Part shown: one piece after another, positions 48,587 to 56,319 of the stretch
Position numbering within the stretch: position 1 is the stretch's first letter
Layout: every line of letters begins with the position of its first letter
Assembly: GCA_041744215.1 (NCBI GenBank)
Contig: JBGTLG010000025.1
Span: forward strand, 32,001 to 96,000
Direction: 5' to 3'
Length of the DNA: 64,000 bases
Source of the DNA: Fimbriimonadales bacterium
GTDB lineage: Bacteria; Armatimonadota; Fimbriimonadia; Fimbriimonadales; ATM1
Notes under the pieces: generated by a model
Database searches by the model: none
What the model saw: the letters and a program-made list of their open reading frames with translations, nothing else
What the model was told of the DNA's origin: nothing
Made by a program: the position numbers and the translations under genes

Positions 48587-48743
48587 AAGAGTTGATTGGT
48601 GCAGCTACACCAGCTATTAAGTCTTTTCGAGAGCGAAAGTCAACCGCCGGACTTGGTTTGTGTCTCACCGTCATCGACCGCTTTCGAGGAATTCTCAAGT
48701 CGAACTCGGCGCGAACCAGGTTGGCGGAGGCTGTATGTCGTGA

Positions 48744-51053
48744 TCACTTGATCTCGGCAGGCGGAGCAGTTTCGGGTTCAGATTTGCGATGAGACCTTCG
48801 CGTATCAGCAACTTCGACATTCTGTATCGCCATCTCCAATTGCGCGAGCATCCAGGAGATCGTCGATTCGGCACCGAGGTTTCGATTTGCACCAATCGGG
48901 GTGAGTCCATCTCTGCACCCACCGCTTGCGGCCTCAACAAGTGGGGTTCCCAGGACATTTCGGCCAAGGAACCATTCGTAGGCTGCCTGCATCCTCTCGG
49001 TCCACTTCGTATCATCGCTGATTGCGTACGCTTTCGCAGCCGCGGAAACCAGTGCGACAGCATCGACGGGCTGCTGGTCAAAAATCGCTCGGCTTTCTCC
49101 ATGCGACCACCAACCGTCGCTTCCGATAAGCGACACACACTTCTGTTTCGAGTCCCAACATGCTGAAAAGAGCCACGCAAGCGAAGCCAGCCCGATCTTT
49201 CGAAAACTGCCCGTTTCGTCGTACGGCGCCATCGCGAGAAGCGCTTCGGGCTTTCGCGCATTGTCGTACGCGAGGATCGTTTCGAACCACCGCCAATCTT
49301 CTACCGCCACTTTTGAATAGAGCGCTGCGATCCGAGACGCAAGCAACAGGCCGAGTTTTCGAACATGCGCGTCTCCAGGGTACTTATCAAGATAGGCAGC
49401 GCATCCGAGAGCACCGAACGCCCACGATCGCGGACTCTTTGCCCGTCGCAACCAAGGGGCAACTTCTCCAAACAGTTCAAACGCGCAGCGCATCATGTCT
49501 TCGTCAGGCGCTTGGGCAACTGCCACACCCAACGCCCAGACTGCGCGGCCGTGCGAATCGTCCGCGCCGGCTTTCTCCAGCCAGCGACGCTCGAACGACA
49601 TAAAGTTACGCATGCGACTGCTGCTCGGACTCTTGGCGTGCAAAATGAACTCGAGTGACTTTCGCGCAATGCGATTCGCTTCTGGCAGGCCAGATAGCTT
49701 GAATTCGTAGCACGCAGCAATCAGCGCGCGCGCATTGTCGTCAGTGCAATAGCCGTGGTTTCTATCGGCAACAGAATGGCGCGCATGCTGCAACACGCCG
49801 ACGTCGTCGGTGATGGCGCTGAGGTGCGCCCACTCCCTGGAACTGACGCTCACCGTCGGCCGATCTGATGCAGGAAACGCCAAACGCTGTCCGCACAAAA
49901 TGTCCGATGCGGCGGAACGCGTGGCCTTCCCAACGTTTTCCCAAGTGAAAGAGCGCCCATACTTGTATGCGGCCTTGCGAATCTTGACCGTCATCGCGCC
50001 GTCGGAAAGCGCGGCGCGCATGTTCTCAGCCAACGTGTCGGGATCATTGAACGGCGTCAGGATGCCGCGACCCGACGAGAGCAGTTCCTTAGCGGCGACG
50101 TATGGTGTCGCGATCACCGCTTTCCCTGCGCCCGTCGCGAACGCGAGCGGGCCCGAACTCACCTGCGCAGGATCGGGATAGGGAGAAATGTAGATGTCGG
50201 CCGCTTGCAGATACTCGGCAAGCTCGGTGTCTGAAACGTATTTGTTTACAAAGCGAACGTTTTTCGTAAGTCCAAGTGTCTCGGTTTGTGCGATCAAGCG
50301 TTCCCGATACGCTTCCCCTTCATGACGCAGCAGACCGGGGTGCGTCGCGCCAACGATCAGATACATCACGTCTGGAAAATCATCCACGATTTTTGCGAGC
50401 GCGTTAAGCGCCATCTCGATGCCTTTGCCTGGACCCAAGTGACCAAACGTAAGCATCACTTTCTGACCTGTCAGATCAATGGTCTCTTTATAAAACTCCG
50501 GATCAGAAAACGGAAGGTCGGGCGCGCCGTGCGGAATGTGCACGATCTTGCGCTTCGAAACACCATAAACCTCTTCGAGTGTTGGGATCGCTGACTTTGA
50601 AAGCACGATCATCTCGGACGCCAATTCACCCAGCGCTGCCAGCGTGTCGCGCTGTCCGGGCGTTGGTTCGGGAAGAACTGTGTGCAGCGTTGCGACGAGC
50701 GGCTTCTCAAGTTTGCGAACGAAGTCTAAGATCCACTCGCCATCTGGCCCGCCGAAGATTCCATATTCGTGCTGCAGAACGACAACGTCGATTGGTGCGC
50801 GGTTCAAATAGTCTGCGGCAACAGCGTAATCCGCTTGCACATCCGCGCGAATCTCAAACCCAACTTCGTCAGGATAACTGTAGGCTGTGTCCGCGTCGGT
50901 CATCGCAACGACAAGCGGCAACTTTTCCTCGTATACGCCTGCCTTAGCGTACGCCGCGCCAACAAGCTGCGCAAACGTGGCGAGGCCGCACTTGCGAGGG
51001 ACATACGTGCTAACGATCGCGAGCCGAGGCTCGTTGCGTAAAGATTTTCTCAA
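48744..51053 (-). CDS. GT4 glycosyltransferase fused to a C-terminal (alpha/alpha)6 glycosidase-like domain
   Basis: STYVPRKCGLATF, LQHEYGIFGG, IPHG, QVSSG; C-terminal GYCTDDNARAL, YDNA, FDQQP, GAEST. Confidence 0.88.
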   Translation of the reverse strand: MRKSLRNEPRLAIVSTYVPRKCGLATFAQLVGAAYAKAGVYEEKLPLVVAMTDADTAYSYPDEVGFEIRADVQADYAVAADYLNRAPIDVVVLQHEYGIFGGPDGEWILDFVRKLEKPLVATLHTVLPEPTPGQRDTLAALGELASEMIVLSKSAIPTLEEVYGVSKRKIVHIPHGAPDLPFSDPEFYKETIDLTGQKVMLTFGHLGPGKGIEMALNALAKIVDDFPDVMYLIVGATHPGLLRHEGEAYRERLIAQTETLGLTKNVRFVNKYVSDTELAEYLQAADIYISPYPDPAQVSSGPLAFATGAGKAVIATPYVAAKELLSSGRGILTPFNDPDTLAENMRAALSDGAMTVKIRKAAYKYGRSFTWENVGKATRSAASDILCGQRLAFPASDRPTVSVSSREWAHLSAITDDVGVLQHARHSVADRNHGYCTDDNARALIAACYEFKLSGLPEANRIARKSLEFILHAKSPSSSRMRNFMSFERRWLEKAGADDSHGRAVWALGVAVAQAPDEDMMRCAFELFGEVAPWLRRAKSPRSWAFGALGCAAYLDKYPGDAHVRKLGLLLASRIAALYSKVAVEDWRWFETILAYDNARKPEALLAMAPYDETGSFRKIGLASLAWLFSACWDSKQKCVSLIGSDGWWSHGESRAIFDQQPVDAVALVSAAAKAYAISDDTKWTERMQAAYEWFLGRNVLGTPLVEAASGGCRDGLTPIGANRNLGAESTISWMLAQLEMAIQNVEVADTRRSHRKSEPETAPPAEIK

Positions 51054-51122
51054 GGCGCTCCACTCCTTCTTGCGGACTCAAAAATAAGGCGGCGACCGTT
51101 TACATTACGCCAGCGGCCCCGA

Positions 51123-52076
51123 TTACGCTGCATGATCGCGCAGCCAACTCAGCAACTCGCGCAAACTCGCCGTCGCGATGCCGACGCTCGTATCCGCGCA
51201 CCCGTAATACACGCGCAACTCGTCGCCGTCGTCGCCGACAGTCCATCCGCAGGGAAACACGACATATCCGACGTCGCCATCCTGCTCGTAGGGCATCTCC
51301 GGGGCAAAAACCCACTCCGTGCAGCGGCGGATCAGCTTGCTCGGGTCTTCGAGATCGAAGAGCGCCAGGCCCTGTCGATAGATACACCCGGCGGGCGTCA
51401 GCCGCACCCCGTGATACATCATCAGCCACCCCTCGGCCGTCTCCAGGGGCGGCGGCGAGAGCCCGATCTTGTTCGCGTCCCACCACGCCCCATGCCGTGC
51501 GGCGAGGATCTCGCGGTGGACGCCCCAATGGATCAAGTCGGGCGACTGGCTCAGCCAGATGTCCGCCGAACGCGCGAACGCAGACACCGGGCGGTGCAGC
51601 AGCAGCCAATGCCCGCCGAACTTGCGCGGAAACAGCGCCGCGTCCTTGTCTTCGGGCGGGATCACGCTGCCGACCTTGTCGAACGACCGGAAATCCTCGG
51701 TCATCGCCATCTTCACGTGCGGGCCGCCCTCGAAATAGCCCGTATACGTGATGCAGTACTTGCCGAGTTCGGGGACATAAACGACCCGCGCGTCCTCGAT
51801 CCCCCACTTTTCGTCGGAATCGGGGCTCTCGTCGGGGGCGAGCGTCGGGGTCGGGTCGATCTCCCAGCCGGTGAAGCCGTCCTTGCTGCGCGCGGCGGTG
51901 AGGTGCGAGATGCCTCGCCGGTCCTCGACGCGCACGAGGAGGAGGGTCGAGCCGTCCTGGAGGCGCGTCGCGCCGCAGTTGAAAACGGTGTTGCACGCGT
52001 AGGGCCAGATGGTGGCGTCGAGGATCGGGTTCGATGGGTGGCGATGGAAAAGGTTGGTGACGTGGCCGTTCTTCAT
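51123..52076 (-). CDS. GH130-family glycosidase/mannoside phosphorylase
   Basis: VFNCGA, RVEDRRGISH, GIEDARV, DKDAALFP, LLHRP, WLMMYHG, VVFPCG, YYGCADT; start at the ATG of MKNGH. Confidence 0.92.
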   Translation of the reverse strand: MKNGHVTNLFHRHPSNPILDATIWPYACNTVFNCGATRLQDGSTLLLVRVEDRRGISHLTAARSKDGFTGWEIDPTPTLAPDESPDSDEKWGIEDARVVYVPELGKYCITYTGYFEGGPHVKMAMTEDFRSFDKVGSVIPPEDKDAALFPRKFGGHWLLLHRPVSAFARSADIWLSQSPDLIHWGVHREILAARHGAWWDANKIGLSPPPLETAEGWLMMYHGVRLTPAGCIYRQGLALFDLEDPSKLIRRCTEWVFAPEMPYEQDGDVGYVVFPCGWTVGDDGDELRVYYGCADTSVGIATASLRELLSWLRDHAA

Positions 52077-52197
52077 AGTGAGATTCCCCGCTTCTGACGG
52101 GCAGGGGACGCTAAGTGATTCTCGGCGGATGGGCGGGATGCGTGAGGTTGCTTTTTGGGGGTCTAAATCCTCCATAGCGAGCGGGGCGGGACAAAGC

Positions 52198-52236
52198 TCA
52201 CATCCCGTGGAGTGGATGTGGCATCGGCGAAAGGCG
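52198..52236 (+). repeat. 39-bp hairpin-forming direct repeat, copy 1
   Basis: TCACATCCCGTGGAGTGGATGTGGCATCGGCGAAAGGCG; 35/39 identical to 52851-52889. Confidence 0.9.
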
Positions 52237-52253
52237 GGGTATCTTTTTCGAAG

Positions 52254-52847
52254 ATGATCCCCGTCACTCTGCTCCTCTTGACGCAAGGAACTGCTCCACA
52301 ACTCGATGCCGCTGCCAGTTACGCAGATTACCTCGCTCAGTTTGAAACTTCTGAGGCCATTGTCGGCGCTTTCCAGCACAGTGGGGGCCCGAGATCTCAG
52401 CCTGATGTGTCTGTCTTTCGGGTGAAGAAAGGCGGAATGTATTCGATGCTGATGAGCGACGCAGAAGAGTACTTCGACGGAAACTCGCTGTACCGGTACT
52501 TTCCTGCACAAAACCGATACAAGGTAGGTGTAGGCAGTCATTCCAACTTCGCGGCTTTGTTTGGACGCAGATTTGTGCCTGATTCCACGATGGTCATCAC
52601 AGTGCGCTCCGTGGAAGATGGCGAATGGAGCGGAACTCCAGCTCGCATCTTCCTTTTGCGTTTTGACTCTCACGCTAATGAAATTGAATTGTTCGTGCGA
52701 AAAAGCGACCTGAGGCCGATCGGCTTACGATATCGCGGCGCTCAAGCGCAATACATGACCCTTGTTGTGCAGCTTCGGACGGATTTGAGTTTGCCGGATT
52801 CAGTTTTTCAATGGACTGCTCCGAAGAACGTCAAGCGAGTTGATTGA
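52254..52847 (+). CDS. LolA-like (outer-membrane lipoprotein carrier fold) exported protein
   Basis: Short signal; YFDGNSLYRYFPAQNRY and C-terminal LPDSVFQWTAPKNVKRVD resemble LolA/DUF2092 proteins. Confidence 0.7.
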   Translation: MIPVTLLLLTQGTAPQLDAAASYADYLAQFETSEAIVGAFQHSGGPRSQPDVSVFRVKKGGMYSMLMSDAEEYFDGNSLYRYFPAQNRYKVGVGSHSNFAALFGRRFVPDSTMVITVRSVEDGEWSGTPARIFLLRFDSHANEIELFVRKSDLRPIGLRYRGAQAQYMTLVVQLRTDLSLPDSVFQWTAPKNVKRVD

Positions 52848-52850
52848 AGG

Positions 52851-52889
52851 TCATATCCCGTGGAAGGGATGTGGCATCGGCGAAATGCG
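52851..52889 (+). repeat. 39-bp hairpin-forming direct repeat, copy 2
   Basis: TCATATCCCGTGGAAGGGATGTGGCATCGGCGAAATGCG, 3 bp after the stop codon. Confidence 0.9.
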
Positions 52890-52936
52890 CGAGCGGAGGC
52901 GCAAACAGCCGCGCCGCTCCCGCTGCGCCGTTTTTT

Positions 52937-53087
52937 GCCGGCGACGGATGAAGAATTGCCGCCCGGAATGGGGCGTCGCCTGCACAAAGTGAGTTTGCGC
53001 CGGCAACGGCTGAGATATTGCCGCACGGAATGGGGCGCCGCCAGCACAAAATGATTTTGCGCCGGCAGTTTTTCATTTTTGCCGCCC
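52937..53087 (+). repeat. 62-bp tandem repeat, about 2.4 copies, with ~21-bp substructure
   Basis: Units start with GCCGGC at 52937, 52999 and 53061. Confidence 0.85.
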
Positions 53088-53110
53088 TGCGAGGCCGAAT
53101 TTGAACTTGG

Positions 53111-53490
53111 GGAGGGTTTTTTGGGCGTGGAGGCGAACTTTTTGGGCGGGGATGCCCTCGTCAGGCGGACCTACATAAGACAAGTGACCCCGGCGGCCTT
53201 ACGGCTTGCCGGGGTTTTGCTTTTTTCAGGGGCTTGATTCGGGGAGGAATCTTTTTGGGCGGGGGCGAAACAAAGGAATTGATCGGGTGTCTCGTTAGCT
53301 CATTCTCCAAGCGCCCCGGCGGCAACGACTGCCCGCCGGGGCGCTTGCTTTTTCGGGGGCTCGGTTCGGCGCATGGAGGAATCTTTTTTGGCCGCGGCGA
53401 AGCAAAGGAACTGTTAGGGCATTCATCCGCCCTTTCACCTCAGCCCCGGCCAGAGCATCCCACATTGGGTCTCTTCCGGGGCGCTCCATT
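53111..53490 (+). repeat. ~132-bp-period array of three promoter-like/variable/terminator units (candidate sibling sRNA genes)
   Basis: GGAGG..TTTTTGG.CG..GGCGAA at 53111, 53243, 53375; CCCCGG..CCGGGG hairpins at 53186-53216, 53309-53346, 53443-53482. Confidence 0.75.
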
Positions 53491-53773
53491 TGCATCCGGC
53501 CACTTGCAGCCGGACCGAGTGCCCGTCGGGGTCTCGTAGCTTCGAAGTGCGCCCGACCGGCATGCGAGGCAACCGAGAACGCCCGAGTATCGAATCTAAG
53601 TCCTCGGATTCAAAACGCGTGCGACCGACAATTGACATGGTTCGTCCTTATCGCATCTCAAGTCAACAGAAGAGCAAGACCAATATGATCGGCTGGTTTC
53701 GGCTTGCGATGCCTTTTCGAACACTTCGCATCGCGACGTGGTGGCCTTTGCCGATGTAGTGCATAGCGGAGCC

Positions 53774-53944
53774 ATGGTTTCATTGGCTGTCGCGACGAAG
53801 TTAAGGGCGCATTTAGACGCCCGCACGCTCACAGATTCGGACATCGCTACCGGGCTTGAGGAGATTGAAGTCGTATCAGCCACCCTCGTCGACTCGGCGA
53901 AGATGGCTGCGCAGGCGCAACTCGAGGCTTCCGACGATGGATAA
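53774..53944 (+). CDS. Small hypothetical protein (56-68 aa)
   Basis: Helical composition; its end overlaps the TIR gene ATG; alternative GTG start at 53738. Confidence 0.4.
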   Translation: MVSLAVATKLRAHLDARTLTDSDIATGLEEIEVVSATLVDSAKMAAQAQLEASDDG

Positions 53945-54374
53945 AGGCAGCGCTCATAGGGCCCCTGTTCGCAAAGTCTACATTGCTGCGAACCATAGAA
54001 ATGACTTGGACTTCGCGAAAGAGCTGATGTCGCGGGCTGAACAAAGCGATCTCGAATTCAGCGTAGGGCCGCCGAGGGGCAGATACGCCGTAGGCGGCCC
54101 CGGCTCGTATGCTTTGAAGCTCACCGTTTCCCACGCCATCAATCCATGCAGCCACGTTCTGGTCGTCGTAGGAGAGCAAACGCAGTCAGATGCTTGGGTT
54201 GATTGGGAGGTCGACCTTGCAATCAACTTGCGCAAGCGGCTGGCCGCAGTGTATCTTGATCCCAACTTTGAGCCGCCCGATGCGCTCAAGTTCTGCGTCA
54301 TCGAGTTGGCGAAGGATCGCAGCTTGGATTCGATTCGGGCTGCCATTCTTCGCGCGGACCGCGCGCGGCAGTAG
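53937..54374 (+). CDS. ThsB-like / MTH538 (DUF1863) TIR-domain protein
   Basis: KVYIA..H..D, SHVLVVVGEQTQSDAWVDWEVDLAINLRKRLAAVYL, PPDAL; GAGG RBS. Confidence 0.8.
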   Translation: MDKGSAHRAPVRKVYIAANHRNDLDFAKELMSRAEQSDLEFSVGPPRGRYAVGGPGSYALKLTVSHAINPCSHVLVVVGEQTQSDAWVDWEVDLAINLRKRLAAVYLDPNFEPPDALKFCVIELAKDRSLDSIRAAILRADRARQ

Positions 54375-54399
54375 GAAGCGCTTTTAGCTCCCTCGTATG

Positions 54400-54471
54400 C
54401 CTCCACCGCTTGCTCGGAGGCTACGGAGATGCGGCACCGTCTCCTGCACCCTCCACGGCAAGCGGTGGAGG
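54400..54471. repeat. 72-bp nested imperfect palindrome
   Basis: Perfect 14-bp arms CCTCCACCGCTTGC...GCAAGCGGTGGAGG, inner GGAGG/CCTCC and GGAGA/TCTCC stems. Confidence 0.85.
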
Positions 54472-54509
54472 GATAAAAGTGGCGGGCGCGCAGGCGGTAA
54501 CCTTGCGCC

Positions 54510-56183
54510 ATGCCTGACATCTCTTTCGACCGCTATTATCGCTATGCGGATTTGACCGCTTTGCTGGAGGCGTTCATGGCGGAGTGGCCGGATTTGGTTC
54601 GGGTGACTTCGATCGGGAAGAGCCACGAGGGGCGGATGATTTGGCTGGCGACGGTGACGAACCGGAAGACGGGGGCGGCGAAGGATAAGCCCGCGTTTTG
54701 GTGCGATGGGAACATCCATGCGAGCGAGGTGAGCGCGAGTGCGGCTGTGATGAATATCTTGTGGCAGCTTGTGACGCGGTACGGTTCGGATGATGTGGTG
54801 CGGCGGGCTGTGGACACGCGGGCTTTTTATCTTGTTCCGCGCGTGAACCCGGACGGCGCGGAGTGGGCGCTTGCGGATGTGCCGAAGATCATTCGGAGCG
54901 GGACTCGGCCTTATCCTTGGGATGACGAGGATCTGTATGGTCTCGAGCGTCAGGATGTTGACGGGGACGGGCGGGTTTTGAATATGCGGATTCGGGATGC
55001 GAACGGGGGTTGGAAGGTTTCTGAGGATGAGCCTCGGCTTTTGAAGAAGCGGGAGCCGAGCGAGACGGGGGGCGAGTACTACCGTGTGCTGCCTGAGGGG
55101 ATTTTTCACAACTTCGACCCTTTGACGCTGAAGGGGCGTCGTGTAACGGAGGGGCTGGATTTCAACCGGAACTTCCCGAGCCAGTGGCGCGCGGAGAACG
55201 AGCAGCATGGGGCGGGGCCTTACCCGACGAGCGAGCCTGAGATTCGGGCGCTTGTTCAGGCGATTGTGGATCGGCCGAACATCTGTGGCGCGGTGACTTT
55301 CCATACTTTCAGCGGCGTGCACCTTCGTCCGCCGAGCACGAAGGCGGACGACGATATTCCTGCGGAGGATTTGTGGGTTTATAAGGAGATCGGTAAGAAG
55401 GGCGAGGAGCTGACGGGGTATCCGGCGATCAGCAACTACCACGAGTTTCGGTATCACCCGAAGGAGGTGATCACGGGGGTTTTCGACGATTGGATGTTCG
55501 AGCATCGTGGGGTTTTTGCGTGGACGACGGAGATCTGGTCGCCGCAGCGTCAGGCGGGGATCACGGATTACAAGTACATCGAGTGGTTTCGGGATCATCC
55601 GCACTCTGACGACGTTGCGCTATTGAAGTGGTCGGACGAGAAGCTGGGTGGCAAGGGGCACGTGGACTGGTTCGAGTTCGATCATCCGCAGCTTGGGAAG
55701 ATTGAGTTGGGGGGCTGGGACTCGCAGTACGCTTTTCGGAATCCGCCGCCGGATTTTTTGGAGGCGGAGATTTCGCCTTTTGCGGACTGGGTGATCTGGC
55801 AGGCGCTGATTTCGCCTCGTTTGGAGGTCGCGGCTGTGGAGACTCGTGCGGTTGGCGAGGGGACTGTGATCCGTTTCGCTGTGGAGAACACGGGTTACTT
55901 GCCGAGCTATGTTTCGCGGGTTGGGCGGGACAAGAAGGTGTGTCGGGGGGTTATCGGTGAGATCGAGTTGGGGGACGGGTTGACTCTGCTTTCGGGGAAG
56001 CTTCGCGAGGAGGGTCCGCAGCTTGAGGGGCGGTCGCACTTGCCGAGCGCTGGGTTTGGTTGGCTGATGGAGGCGACGGATAACCGGCACGTTTTCGAGT
56101 GGACTGTGTCTGGGCGAGGTCGTGTGGGGCTGGTTGGTCGGCATGACCGGGCTGGGCGGGTGTCGGTTGAGGTTGAGGTTTAG
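54510..56183 (+). CDS. M14 zinc carboxypeptidase family protein (no signal peptide)
   Basis: GNIHASE, PRVNPDG, DFNRNF, SEPE, TFHT zinc/substrate motifs. Confidence 0.92.
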   Translation: MPDISFDRYYRYADLTALLEAFMAEWPDLVRVTSIGKSHEGRMIWLATVTNRKTGAAKDKPAFWCDGNIHASEVSASAAVMNILWQLVTRYGSDDVVRRAVDTRAFYLVPRVNPDGAEWALADVPKIIRSGTRPYPWDDEDLYGLERQDVDGDGRVLNMRIRDANGGWKVSEDEPRLLKKREPSETGGEYYRVLPEGIFHNFDPLTLKGRRVTEGLDFNRNFPSQWRAENEQHGAGPYPTSEPEIRALVQAIVDRPNICGAVTFHTFSGVHLRPPSTKADDDIPAEDLWVYKEIGKKGEELTGYPAISNYHEFRYHPKEVITGVFDDWMFEHRGVFAWTTEIWSPQRQAGITDYKYIEWFRDHPHSDDVALLKWSDEKLGGKGHVDWFEFDHPQLGKIELGGWDSQYAFRNPPPDFLEAEISPFADWVIWQALISPRLEVAAVETRAVGEGTVIRFAVENTGYLPSYVSRVGRDKKVCRGVIGEIELGDGLTLLSGKLREEGPQLEGRSHLPSAGFGWLMEATDNRHVFEWTVSGRGRVGLVGRHDRAGRVSVEVEV

Positions 56184-56319
56184 GTCGAAATCTGAACGAA
56201 AAAGTGTTGGATTTCGTCCTGAGTTGAGATAGACTGGGTGCCTGGGCGACTGGCGCCCTGATTTCATTTCTTCTACGGGTCTGGCGACCCCTAAACTGAA
56301 ACATGAGGGAGGATGCACA

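Noticed and set aside
52937-53490. CRISPR array
   Set aside because: No identical 23-47-bp repeats with unique spacers; units are degenerate and contain terminators; no cas genes in the window
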